This document shows positions 1 to 9,113 of a DNA stretch of 64,000 nt, one piece after another. The translations under genes were made by a program, and so were the position numbers. The notes beneath the pieces were generated by a model that was not told the DNA's origin, did no database searches, and saw only the letters and a list, made by a program, of their open reading frames with translations. The stretch is from the IMG/VR virus record IMGVR_UViG_3300023172_002538, one strand, 5' to 3'. The first letter of the stretch is position 1; each line of letters begins with the position of its first letter. The stretch comes from an uncultured virus (IMG/VR IMGVR_UViG_3300023172_002538). Its lineage: Duplodnaviria; Heunggongvirae; Uroviricota; Caudoviricetes.

Positions 1-309
1 GAACTTGAAGACAAATTTATCAATCTCGCGTTTCGTGGAAACGATGTGCAGGGTCTTACGAGAGACGAAGTACGAAAGTATATTCGCCATATTGCTGATC
101 GGCGCTTGCTTCAGCTTGGACTCAAAACTAAGTTCAGACAAAAAGACAATCCTCTACCTTGGCTTGACTGGGTACTTAACGGAGCATCACATGACAACTT
201 CTTTGAAAAGCGAGTCACTGAATACTCAGTAGTAGGCATGGAAGGTGACTGGGGTTGGGACGAAGAATCTGAAGTCTGTAGTCTAGATAATGTGGGGTGT
301 GCGGCATAA
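1..309 (+). CDS. nrdB: Ribonucleotide reductase class Ia beta subunit, C-terminal part (truncated by window start)
   Basis: Frame 1 is open from base 1: ELEDKFINLAF...VRKYIRHIADRRLLQLGL...NPLPWL...HDNFFEKRVTEY, the typical R2 C-terminus. Confidence 0.93.
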   Translation, partial: ELEDKFINLAFRGNDVQGLTRDEVRKYIRHIADRRLLQLGLKTKFRQKDNPLPWLDWVLNGASHDNFFEKRVTEYSVVGMEGDWGWDEESEVCSLDNVGCAA

Positions 310-443
310 TGGAAGAGTACGAATATTCTTTAGTTTGTTATTTCTGTGAGGCTAAAGTAATTCTTACTGTATGTGACAGCGAAGAAAAGCCTCGTGCTTG
401 TCCAATGTGTGGAACAGAATGTGAAACAGACTGGGAAGAATGA
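309..443 (+). CDS. Small zinc-ribbon protein (44 aa)
   Basis: Not in the ORF track. Reads MEEYEYSLVCYFCEAK...KPRACPMCGTECETDWEE with two CxxC pairs. Overlaps the nrdB stop (TAATG) and the next start (ATGA). Confidence 0.75.
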   Translation: MEEYEYSLVCYFCEAKVILTVCDSEEKPRACPMCGTECETDWEE

Positions 444-2038
444 AGCCACACTTTTCGATATTTGAAGGTGGGCACGATCCCAACTTCACCATCTTTGATC
501 CTAATACCAAAAAGTTCTACATCTATGAGTTAGAACGAATTCTTGGCATCAAAAATTATCACATTCAAAGACCTCTGCGAGCCGCAGGACAAAAACAATA
601 TTATCATGCAGTTAGATTTGGCGTAGAACATGCATACGAGAATTATGGCATTGCTAACGATTTTGAATGGCTTTATCATAAATCGATAGCAATGAATGAG
701 TCCTTCTGGGACAGAGATCAGATTAAATGGAAGCATTGTAAGTTAAATAGAGTGCATCACCATGACGCACATGCGTGGTGTGGCTATGCACAATCACCTT
801 TTGAAAAGTGCGCAGTCATATCTTGGGACGGTAAAGGTGATGACACTTCGTTTCGTACATGTGAGTTTAGCAAGTGGCATCAAAGGCACACGAGCAATCA
901 ACACTTTAAACACTCAGAAGTCTATACTCGTGCCGGTCACCTTTGTAAGATATTCAAAGACACTCACACTCTAAGTATCGCCGGTAAGTTTATGGGACTA
1001 AGCGCATACGGTGAAATAGATCAAGAATATTATGATTACTTTAGATGGCGTATGCGGACAGGCTATGGCTATCATAAAACCAACGCATTGGATGCGGGGA
1101 TCGATCTAGCATTTAACGAAGATTTTGCGTATAAAGTAGAGTCGGTGTACGAGCACCGCAAAGCATTTAACATAGCATACACTGCACAAAAAGCCTTAGA
1201 AGATGATATTCTAGAGTGGATTGACAAGAACTATATTCATACAATTCGCGATTATGACAACAACCTGATTCTCACTGGCGGCACTGCGTTAAACGTTTTG
1301 GTTAATGAGAAAATCAAGCGAGCGTTTCCAGGCATCAATGTTTTTGTTCCACCTAACTGTGGCGACAGCGGTCAAAGTTTCGGTGCTATGATGTGGCATC
1401 TGACCGAAGAAGAAATCTTCCAAGAAAAAGTTCGATGCGAGTTTATGGGTCCTCCTCTGTGGGACTACAAACAAATTCCTATATACATCAAGAAAAGAGG
1501 CGCCACACAGATCAACATATCTGACATTGCGCAACTGCTCAGAGAGCAAAAGATTATTGGCATCTGTCAGGGCAACATGGAGTGTGGACCTCGTGCATTG
1601 GGCAATCGTTCTATTCTATGTGATGCTTCGAATCTACACGCAAAAGATATTCTGAACGCAAAGGTCAAGTTCAGAGAATGGTTTAGACCATTCGCTCCTG
1701 TGTGCAAGAAAGAAGATGCACACAAGTATTTCTACTCACCGTCTTTCGATAACATGGAGATGATGCAGTTCATTGCAGACGTAAAGCCAGAGTATCGAAA
1801 AGAATTTCCTGCAATTACACACATTGATAATACAGCCAGACTACAAGTAGTCACACCTGAATTCAACGAGCCGCTATATAATATCTTAGATGCGTTCGAT
1901 GGAGTTTTGATTAACACGTCATTCAATGTTCAAGGTAAGCCTATACTAAATAGTATGAAAGAGGCGATGAACGTACTTGACAACACAGGACTCGATCACG
2001 TGGTTGTTGAATATGAAGGTGACTACTGGCTGTTTTAA
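440..2038 (+). CDS. Carbamoyltransferase, NodU/CmcH/TobZ family (copy 1)
   Basis: Kae1-like motifs HHDAHA, WDGKGD, TGGTALNVLVN and C-terminal ECGPRALGNRS, REWFRPFAP, HIDNTARLQ, NTSFN. Confidence 0.93.
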   Translation: MKPHFSIFEGGHDPNFTIFDPNTKKFYIYELERILGIKNYHIQRPLRAAGQKQYYHAVRFGVEHAYENYGIANDFEWLYHKSIAMNESFWDRDQIKWKHCKLNRVHHHDAHAWCGYAQSPFEKCAVISWDGKGDDTSFRTCEFSKWHQRHTSNQHFKHSEVYTRAGHLCKIFKDTHTLSIAGKFMGLSAYGEIDQEYYDYFRWRMRTGYGYHKTNALDAGIDLAFNEDFAYKVESVYEHRKAFNIAYTAQKALEDDILEWIDKNYIHTIRDYDNNLILTGGTALNVLVNEKIKRAFPGINVFVPPNCGDSGQSFGAMMWHLTEEEIFQEKVRCEFMGPPLWDYKQIPIYIKKRGATQINISDIAQLLREQKIIGICQGNMECGPRALGNRSILCDASNLHAKDILNAKVKFREWFRPFAPVCKKEDAHKYFYSPSFDNMEMMQFIADVKPEYRKEFPAITHIDNTARLQVVTPEFNEPLYNILDAFDGVLINTSFNVQGKPILNSMKEAMNVLDNTGLDHVVVEYEGDYWLF

Positions 2039-2484
2039 TGTGGCATTATAAAAATTTACACTACGATCCAAGTGAAGACGAACTACAAGATTACGTAGGT
2101 TTCGTTTATCGCATCACTGAACTTGATACTGGTAAGAAGTATATTGGTAAAAAGTTTTTTTGGGCAACGAGAAAGTTGCCACCCTTAAAAGGTCAGAAAC
2201 GAAAGCGTACTAAACGTACGATTTCAGACTGGCAAGATTACTTCGGCAGTTCCGAAGAACTCAAGCAACTTGTAGAAAAGAAAGGTCACGATGCTTACCA
2301 CCGAGAAATACTTCGGCTGTGTAAGACTAAGGGCGAATGTTCTTACTACGAAGCCAAGCTACAGTTCGAATACGATGTATTGCTTCGTGACGATTATTAC
2401 AATGAGTTTATAGGTTGTAAAATTCACTCAAAACATTTGAAGAGAGACGATGGGCAATATAGCGGCGGCACACTGGGGTCATGA
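2038..2484 (+). CDS. GIY-YIG (Seg-like) endonuclease
   Basis: GFVYRIT...KKYIGKK and WQDYFGSS motifs, typical of free-standing GIY-YIG proteins in T4-like phages. Confidence 0.8.
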   Translation: MWHYKNLHYDPSEDELQDYVGFVYRITELDTGKKYIGKKFFWATRKLPPLKGQKRKRTKRTISDWQDYFGSSEELKQLVEKKGHDAYHREILRLCKTKGECSYYEAKLQFEYDVLLRDDYYNEFIGCKIHSKHLKRDDGQYSGGTLGS

Positions 2485-4222
2485 TTCCGCAATCTGTTTT
2501 TATAAAGCCGACACTCAAACATTTCACACCGTTGAAATGGAAAAGTTGTCTGGTATTAAGCATTTTCGTGGGCATGGCAGACATCATCAAACTGTAGACT
2601 GGCTGAAAAAAGTTTTAAAAGTTGCAGAAGAAGAATTTGGTATCGAAAATGACTTCGATACTTTTATCATTGGTTCCTGCGATAAGTATCTAGATCCAGA
2701 ACTTCATGAATTTAATTCTGGATTAAAAGTCAATCCTAAGCACGTCAGAGAAGTATTCAACGTTCGTGAATTCAAAGTAGCATATCGACATCATGCGGGT
2801 CATGCGTGGTGTGGAGTTGCGCAGTCTCCATGGGCGGGTAAAAAGTGTGCTGTGTTTACACACGATGCTGGTGGCGATGACGGTCATACATTCATGTGGA
2901 AACACGTTAACAATATTTGCATATCTAAACAAACCCCTCACTGGCACAACCCTCCTGACAGAGCGTATTTTGGTCGCTATTACACTGCATCATCTTGTCA
3001 TGGTGTACATGATATTGCTTCTAAGACGGAACAGTCTTTAGACATTGCTGGTAAAGTAATGGGAGCGGCGGCATATGGCAGGCAATCATCGCCGTGGTAT
3101 ATTGTGGGGCAAAGGCTCTATAAAGAAGATCCTGATACGATTGAATGGATTAATCCCATGGCAAATTTCTTTAAAGCTTGGTACTTGCAGACACAAGAAG
3201 AATTAGAGGCAAAGGGAATTCGTGGTTACAAGAATGGTAAACAGTATCTTAATAAAATTATTGCTGAATCGCCTGAGCAATTTAATCCATATGAATTTTG
3301 GACATCACCGCTTGGTTTAACTTGGAGAGAACAGACTGATATTGCATTGGGAATTCAGCATCAACACGAAAGAGAAGTCGTAGCGTTTGTCAAAAAGCAT
3401 CGAGATTTTATTCGAAAGTGTGACAACAAACTTGTCATATCTGGTGGATGCGCGTTGAATCTTCTCACAAATAAAAGAATACAAGAAGAATTAGAAATTG
3501 AAGTTTATGTTCCACCAAACGCCCATGATTGTGGGCTGCCTTTTGGATTTCTTATTCAACATTTAGCAGAGATTGGCAACGATGTGTGGAAACGTGGCGT
3601 CGATATTACATACTCTGGTCCAAAACTTCATGATAGACATGAGCTTGACAAATACAAAAAACAGTATTATCATGAAGAGATTACAATTTCTGATTTTGCA
3701 AAACTTTTGAGAGATGATGAAATCATTGGTTTCATGCAAGGCGGTGGAGAAGTAGGAGCTAGGGCTTTAGGCAATCGATCCATTCTATGTGATCCAAAAG
3801 GCTTTGATAAGAAAGACAAAGTGAATATTGTAAAGCGGCGAGAACCTTATCGACCCTTTGCTCCAATGTGCCGTTACGAAGACGCTGAAAAATATTTTGA
3901 AGCATACAGTTACGAGAATCTTGCGTACATGAATTTTGCTGTAACGACTCGGGCTGAATATGTGGAAGAACTTGCGGCTGTCACTCACGTTGATGGCACA
4001 GCAAGATTGCAGACGGTGACACGAGACCAGAACAAATTCATACATGATTTGCTAACAGAATTTGATGGTGTTTTATTGAACACTTCTTTCAATGTTCAAG
4101 GCAAGCCAATACTAAATACATTAGAAGAAGCATTTATAGTACTAGACAAAACGGCACTCGACGGAGTGGTGTACTTAGATGATGATGAAAAACTGTGGCT
4201 TTTCAGATCAAAAAAAGCATAA
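2450..4222 (+). CDS. Carbamoyltransferase, NodU/CmcH/TobZ family (copy 2)
   Basis: GHDSA, HHAGHA, HDAGGD, SGGCALN, GARALGNRS, REPYRPFAP, HVDGTARLQ, NTSFN. Confidence 0.93.
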   Translation: MGNIAAAHWGHDSAICFYKADTQTFHTVEMEKLSGIKHFRGHGRHHQTVDWLKKVLKVAEEEFGIENDFDTFIIGSCDKYLDPELHEFNSGLKVNPKHVREVFNVREFKVAYRHHAGHAWCGVAQSPWAGKKCAVFTHDAGGDDGHTFMWKHVNNICISKQTPHWHNPPDRAYFGRYYTASSCHGVHDIASKTEQSLDIAGKVMGAAAYGRQSSPWYIVGQRLYKEDPDTIEWINPMANFFKAWYLQTQEELEAKGIRGYKNGKQYLNKIIAESPEQFNPYEFWTSPLGLTWREQTDIALGIQHQHEREVVAFVKKHRDFIRKCDNKLVISGGCALNLLTNKRIQEELEIEVYVPPNAHDCGLPFGFLIQHLAEIGNDVWKRGVDITYSGPKLHDRHELDKYKKQYYHEEITISDFAKLLRDDEIIGFMQGGGEVGARALGNRSILCDPKGFDKKDKVNIVKRREPYRPFAPMCRYEDAEKYFEAYSYENLAYMNFAVTTRAEYVEELAAVTHVDGTARLQTVTRDQNKFIHDLLTEFDGVLLNTSFNVQGKPILNTLEEAFIVLDKTALDGVVYLDDDEKLWLFRSKKA

Positions 4223-4225
4223 ATA
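4218..4225 (+). promoter_or_regulatory. T4-type late promoter variant (CATAAATA)
   Basis: One mismatch to TATAAATA, ~30 nt upstream of the ATG at 4255. Confidence 0.55.
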
Positions 4226-4254
4226 ATTTAATAACTCAATCGATGTGGTAATCC

Positions 4255-4944
4255 ATGCTCAAGTTTTCTAATTACATTCAACAACTCGACGAAGGCGTCA
4301 ACGATCCCGCAATCTTCAAAGCAATCTTTCTTGCGGGTGGTCCTGGTTCGGGTAAGTCGTTTATCGTGGGCAAGACTGGTCTCACTTCTATGGGATACAG
4401 AGTCGTTAACTCAGACGATGCATTTGAAGCGGCTATGAAGAAAGCTGGCATGGAGATGAGTCCTGATAATATCTTTTCTGTCAAGGGTCAAGAACTTCGT
4501 GGTAAAGCAAAGCGTCTCACATCAACAAGACAAGCTGGTTACATCAAAGGTCGTCTTGGTCTTGTGATCGACGGCACTGGTAAAGATCCAGACAAGATCG
4601 CAACGCAAGCACAGAAACTTAAAGCACTTGGCTACGACACTGCAATGATCTTTGTTAATACTGATATGGACACAGCCCTTGAGCGCAATCGACAACGTGA
4701 ACGATCACTGCCAGACAAAGAAGTAGAAGAGTATTGGAAAGCTGTCCAACGCAATGTGGGCAAGTTTCAACGTATGTTTGGTAAGCCAAACTTTCTTGTA
4801 GTAGACAACTCAGCGGGTAAGAACTACGAGAAAGAAACGCTACGTGCTTATCGTGACGCTACTAAATTCACTCAGAAGCCTGTGGAGAATGCCAAGGCGA
4901 AGAAGTGGATTGAAGACGAAAAAGCGAAAGCAAAAAGAACTTGA
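4255..4944 (+). CDS. Zeta-toxin-like / AAA_33 P-loop kinase, probable internal head protein
   Basis: Walker A LAGGPGSGKS, VVNSD, LVIDGT, RNRQRERS. The N-terminus MLKFSNYIQQLDE resembles T4-like head-targeting propeptides. Confidence 0.8.
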   Translation: MLKFSNYIQQLDEGVNDPAIFKAIFLAGGPGSGKSFIVGKTGLTSMGYRVVNSDDAFEAAMKKAGMEMSPDNIFSVKGQELRGKAKRLTSTRQAGYIKGRLGLVIDGTGKDPDKIATQAQKLKALGYDTAMIFVNTDMDTALERNRQRERSLPDKEVEEYWKAVQRNVGKFQRMFGKPNFLVVDNSAGKNYEKETLRAYRDATKFTQKPVENAKAKKWIEDEKAKAKRT

Positions 4945-4969
4945 CAAAACCGAAATTAACGTGTACAAT
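4941..4969 (+). promoter_or_regulatory. sigma70-type early promoter
   Basis: TTGACA (4941-4946), 17-nt spacer, TACAAT (4964-4969), upstream of the ORF at 5020. Confidence 0.8.
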
Positions 4970-5019
4970 AAGCTTGTGCGCGTCAGGGTAAGAATATATA
5001 CTGAATAAGGTGAAACATT

Positions 5020-5457
5020 ATGGCGATCACTTCTAAAAGATTAGAAATCTTTGAAATACTAGAAAAGTTCGAACAGGCTAAGAATAAGCAAGAGCGAGTA
5101 AAAGTATTGAGACAGAACGATATTATGCCTCTGCTAGATGTACTGCGAGGCACATTCGATGAAGCAATTCAATGGAATCTTCCAGGTGGTACGCCTCCGT
5201 ACACACCTAGCTCTGAAGAGTCACCTCCTTCGACTCTTCTCAGACATCATCGCAACTTCAAATATTTCGTCAAAGGTTTGCGCGAAAGTAGCAAGCTTGG
5301 CCCTATTCGTCGCGAGCGTATGTTTATCGATATGCTCGAGGCGGTACACCCACGAGATGCAGAAATTCTCATCTCAATGATCAATAAGAAGAGCCCTGTG
5401 AAAGGATTAACTAAGACAGTCGTAAAGGAGGCATTCCCAGAGTTAATCTCAGCATGA
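5020..5457 (+). CDS. Conserved hypothetical protein of T4-like phages
   Basis: 145 aa with WNLPGGTPPY and RRERMFIDMLEAVHPRDAEIL patterns seen in T4-like marine phages; AAGGTG RBS. Confidence 0.7.
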   Translation: MAITSKRLEIFEILEKFEQAKNKQERVKVLRQNDIMPLLDVLRGTFDEAIQWNLPGGTPPYTPSSEESPPSTLLRHHRNFKYFVKGLRESSKLGPIRRERMFIDMLEAVHPRDAEILISMINKKSPVKGLTKTVVKEAFPELISA

Positions 5458-5493
5458 TTATGATCCAAGTAAACTAAAAAAGGAACATTGCCT

Positions 5494-5664
5494 ATGGTAG
5501 AATCCAATCAAATTGAACGCTTGAGGAAAGACTCAAGAGAACTTGGACATTACATTCATAAATTGCAAAAAAGAGGTAAGACAGATATTGCCTATAAAAT
5601 GGCTAAGAAACAATCGTTTTTAGAAGCCGCAATATCGCAAGTCGAAACTCGCTTAAGGGGGTGA
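5494..5664 (+). CDS. Small basic hypothetical protein (56 aa)
   Basis: Not in the ORF track. MVESNQIERLRKDSRELGHYIHKLQKRGK... with an AAGGAA RBS. Confidence 0.7.
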   Translation: MVESNQIERLRKDSRELGHYIHKLQKRGKTDIAYKMAKKQSFLEAAISQVETRLRG

Positions 5665-5731
5665 TCCTTATCTAAGGTGAGCCTCGGCAACGGGGCTCAT
5701 CACTTTAGATTGGACTACTAGGAAAAAACAT

Positions 5732-5968
5732 ATGCCGCTGTACACAATGAAGAACACAACCACCGGAGAAGTTAAAGACATGATGATGTCTATCTCTGCG
5801 ATGGAAGAAATGAGAGCCACAGGAGACTGGACACAAGTCATCGGTGCACCAAATCTCGTTACACACACAGGTAACATGATTAACAAGACTTCAGGCGATT
5901 GGAAAGATCATCTTAAAAATATCAAGAAAGCCTCTGGTACTCGTGTAAAAAATTCTATTAATGTATGA
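5732..5968 (+). CDS. FmdB-like small protein
   Basis: MPLYTMKNTTTGEV N-terminus and WKDHLKNIKK C-terminus, in its usual position before phoH; lacks cysteines. Confidence 0.6.
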   Translation: MPLYTMKNTTTGEVKDMMMSISAMEEMRATGDWTQVIGAPNLVTHTGNMINKTSGDWKDHLKNIKKASGTRVKNSINV

Positions 5969-6666
5969 TGACAAATAAACAGCGGAACGAGTCGATGCAT
6001 ATTCGAATCGACGATCTCATTACAATTGATCCTATCACTGATCGCCAAAAGCATGCCTTTGATGCATGGAGAGATGGCGACAACATGGCTCTAGTTGGCA
6101 CAGCAGGTACAGGCAAAACATTTCTTGCCATGTATCTCGCACTAGAAGAAGTGATGGATAAAAGTTCGCCTTACGAATCAGTCAAAATTATTCGATCAGT
6201 TGTACCCACACGTGATGTTGGCTATCTGCCTGGTACGATTGAAGAAAAACTCAACGCATATACAGGACCATATCGAGCAATCGCATCTGAGTTGTTTGAT
6301 GGAGATGCTGGTGCGTACGACAAGCTTGTACACAACAAATATATAAGCTTTGAGTCAACGTCATATATTCGTGGTGTGACGTTCGACAATTCTATTGTAA
6401 TTGTGGATGAAATGCAGAACTTAAATTTTCATGAATTAGATTCTGTTATGACAAGGATTGGTCATTGTTCTAAAATCATTTTCTGTGGCGACTACTACCA
6501 ATCTGACTTTAGATCCGAAAACGATAAGAAAGGTATAAATATCTTTCTACAGATAGTTGAACAACTGAAGCACTTTTCTGTGATCAGTTTCAACTGGGAA
6601 GATATAGTAAGAAGTGGTCTTGTAAGAGACTACATCATGACAAAAGAATGGATGGAGATCCGATGA
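5965..6666 (+). CDS. phoH: PhoH-family ATPase
   Basis: GTAGTGKT, GYLPGTIEEK, YIRGVTF, IVDEMQN, GDYYQSD, DIVRSGLV. Confidence 0.95.
   Translation: MMTNKQRNESMHIRIDDLITIDPITDRQKHAFDAWRDGDNMALVGTAGTGKTFLAMYLALEEVMDKSSPYESVKIIRSVVPTRDVGYLPGTIEEKLNAYTGPYRAIASELFDGDAGAYDKLVHNKYISFESTSYIRGVTFDNSIVIVDEMQNLNFHELDSVMTRIGHCSKIIFCGDYYQSDFRSENDKKGINIFLQIVEQLKHFSVISFNWEDIVRSGLVRDYIMTKEWMEIR
6534..6541 (+). promoter_or_regulatory. T4-type late promoter TATAAATA
   Basis: Exact consensus inside the phoH 3' end, ~120 nt upstream of the lysozyme gene and the coupled glycan cluster. Confidence 0.65.
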
Positions 6667-7109
6667 ACAGAGAAGCAGTTTACGAACAATTAAAAATAGA
6701 CGAAGGAGTCGAGTATGTCATCTACAACGATCACCTCGGTTACCCCACGTTTGGAGTTGGTCACCTTATCCTCGAAAGTGACCCGGAACACGGACAACCA
6801 GTTGGTACTGGAGTTACGGAAGAACGAGTTAAGGAGTGTTTTGACCACGACCTCGACCTCGCCATCGGAGAGTGTGAACACTTATACGGCGCAGGGGAAT
6901 TTGGAGACCTACCAGACGAGGTCCAGCAAATCTTGGTTAATATGATGTTTAACATGGGTCGTACCCGACTGAGCAAATTTAAGAATTTCAACGCCGCTAT
7001 TGCAGAAGGCGATTGGAAACGTGCCGCCGTTGAAGGGCGTGACAGTCTTTGGTATCGTCAGGTCACTAATCGCGCGGAAAGACTAATGGAGCGAATGGAG
7101 AACGTTTGA
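6663..7109 (+). CDS. Phage lysozyme (T4L-like glycoside hydrolase)
   Basis: LKIDEG...YNDHLGYPTFGVGHL, NMMFNMG, DSLWYRQVTNRA. Start placed at ATG 6663 behind GGAG. Confidence 0.9.
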   Translation: MNREAVYEQLKIDEGVEYVIYNDHLGYPTFGVGHLILESDPEHGQPVGTGVTEERVKECFDHDLDLAIGECEHLYGAGEFGDLPDEVQQILVNMMFNMGRTRLSKFKNFNAAIAEGDWKRAAVEGRDSLWYRQVTNRAERLMERMENV

Positions 7110-7111
7110 TC

Positions 7112-7288
7112 ATGGCTAAGTACAGCCGATTTGATTCCCGAAACAAAAAGCGTAACAATCATAAAAATCGTTACTTAGATAGAACCAATGCAAAAGGCAA
7201 GAAGCGTCAATTCAAAGACGATTATACTACCGAGCAGTGGTCAGAAAAGTACGCAATGGAGAAAGCAATCTCGATTGACTTATATTAG
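7112..7288 (+). CDS. Small basic hypothetical protein
   Basis: MAKYSRFDSRNKKRNNHK...; fills the gap in the operon. Confidence 0.6.
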   Translation: MAKYSRFDSRNKKRNNHKNRYLDRTNAKGKKRQFKDDYTTEQWSEKYAMEKAISIDLY

Positions 7289-8149
7289 ATGAACTTTGAA
7301 CTGTATCATGATCCCATAAAGAAACACCCTTATCTCTTCACCTACGGCACAGAAGTCGATTGGAGAGGTACTCCTGGAGTTGGGGATATACTTTTTGGAT
7401 TAAATGCAGTTCATATGATGGTTCATCTAATACGCAAGCGCCGTCCGCTTGAGCAGATGACGATGAATGTTTTTTGGGAACATCCTGAAGATCACTTACA
7501 TCACTTCGAAGATCCTGAAACAATCATCGAGCGAGCCGAGTATCTTCATAATTTTTATTATGACAAAGACGCAGTGAAGATGAACCACATCTTTGACTCC
7601 ACTGACCACGAGATCACTAAACTACGGCACAGAGGATTTCAACGACAACGAAGTCCTCTCGCTGTTCTTGACGGTATCCCTTCTTGGGTATTTCGCGAAG
7701 ATGTTTGGACTGATCCAGTAGAAAACAAAGTTGTCTTTTGGCGACCTTTGTTCAACGCAGAAACTCCACGTGGCTGGAAACGAACTTTCTTTCCCGAAGA
7801 CTGGGAAAAGATTATTCACATTTTAGAAATGAAAGGCTTTAATCTCGTTGAACTAACGTATCGCACACCAGTTCGTGAAGCCATGTATCACATACGCACC
7901 TGTCGTTTCTGTATCTTCTATGATGGTATGTGGCAGTACATTGCTCGCAATCTGTGCAAGCCTGTCATTGCGCTTGGTGATAGCGGCATACTTGAAGTAC
8001 ACAATCCACAGGGCGTTCACTTTCTCAAGCCACACATGCCAGAGAATGATTTTTACGCATACATAGATAAACTTCCAAACATACTTTCGCACATGGATCA
8101 GAGAGCGAATCGTTATAAAAAGAAAATATTAGGTGAAATATATGGGTGA
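7289..8149 (+). CDS. Putative glycosyltransferase (GT-B-like)
   Basis: GVGDILF N-terminal motif and CRFCIFYDGMWQYIARNLCKPVIAL, reminiscent of GT9-like C-termini; first gene of the glycan cluster. Confidence 0.5.
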   Translation: MNFELYHDPIKKHPYLFTYGTEVDWRGTPGVGDILFGLNAVHMMVHLIRKRRPLEQMTMNVFWEHPEDHLHHFEDPETIIERAEYLHNFYYDKDAVKMNHIFDSTDHEITKLRHRGFQRQRSPLAVLDGIPSWVFREDVWTDPVENKVVFWRPLFNAETPRGWKRTFFPEDWEKIIHILEMKGFNLVELTYRTPVREAMYHIRTCRFCIFYDGMWQYIARNLCKPVIALGDSGILEVHNPQGVHFLKPHMPENDFYAYIDKLPNILSHMDQRANRYKKKILGEIYG

Positions 8150-9113
8150 CATAAAGATTGACAGAGCAGTGATTGAAGTACAAGGAGCGTGTAACTTTGA
8201 TTGCTCAATGTGTCCTCAAGACAAACGTGAAGGTGGTCGTCATAAAGACTTTCTTACAAAGATGTCGTTGCTTGAGTTTGAGACCTACGTAGCAGACTGT
8301 AAGAAACACGGACTGCGCGTTGTCAATCTAGATGGCTCAGGTGAAGCAACTATCAATCGCAATCTGCCCGAGTACATTAAGATTGTCAAGAAGTATGACG
8401 CACAAGCAGTAATCTTCTCTAACGGATTTAAAATGCATGGTCAGTTCATGCGTGACTGTGTAGATGCTGGTCTTGACTTTTTTCGATTCTCTTTCATTGG
8501 TTCTACGCCCGAAGACTATGACAAGTGGATGTACAACACACGCGGTAGTAACTATCATTTGATCAAGAAGAACATCAAAGAGATGATTGACTACGTGAAA
8601 GAATCTGGTTCAAGTTGTGTTGTCGAGACGTACCATCTAATTACAGACAATGCAAACCTCGAGACAGAGTTAGAAAATTACAAGAAGATTGTCGAAGAGC
8701 TTGGTTGCAAAACAGAAATCTGGAAGATGCATAACTGGTCTGGTGCATGGGACATCGGAGAGAATGCTCGCAAAGGAAAGGTGAAGACTTGTGGAAGACC
8801 TTTTAGTCCCGATGTCGTTATTCGTGCTGGCGGTCTTGACGGTAAAAGAGGTGCTGTTCATCCTTGCTGTCAAGTACTGGGACGAGACGAAGAAGCCGTT
8901 CTCGGACACTGTTCAGAAAACACAATCGAAGAAGTTATCCGAGGACCAGAGTACTCGGCCCTAAGAGAGTCACATCGTACGGGTGACTATCCAGACTACT
9001 GCAAGAATTGTGATTTTCTTCTTGACGATCCTGAAGTATTAGTGTATACTAACAATGATCGCGACTTACACAAAATGATTGGAACAGAGTTCAACTTAGA
9101 TGATTACCGATAA
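8142..9113 (+). CDS. Radical SAM protein with SPASM/twitch domain
   Basis: CNFDCSMC, GSGEA, FSNG; C-terminal CGRPF...HPCC...CKNC. Confidence 0.9.
   Translation: MGDIKIDRAVIEVQGACNFDCSMCPQDKREGGRHKDFLTKMSLLEFETYVADCKKHGLRVVNLDGSGEATINRNLPEYIKIVKKYDAQAVIFSNGFKMHGQFMRDCVDAGLDFFRFSFIGSTPEDYDKWMYNTRGSNYHLIKKNIKEMIDYVKESGSSCVVETYHLITDNANLETELENYKKIVEELGCKTEIWKMHNWSGAWDIGENARKGKVKTCGRPFSPDVVIRAGGLDGKRGAVHPCCQVLGRDEEAVLGHCSENTIEEVIRGPEYSALRESHRTGDYPDYCKNCDFLLDDPEVLVYTNNDRDLHKMIGTEFNLDDYR

Noticed and set aside
1945..1952. ACTAAATA as a late promoter (also at 4111)
   Set aside because: It occurs at the same coding position (ILN) in both carbamoyltransferases, so protein constraint explains it.
4255..4944. 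Toxin-antitoxin module
   Set aside because: There is no adjacent antitoxin-like gene in the same transcription unit; the next gene has its own promoter.
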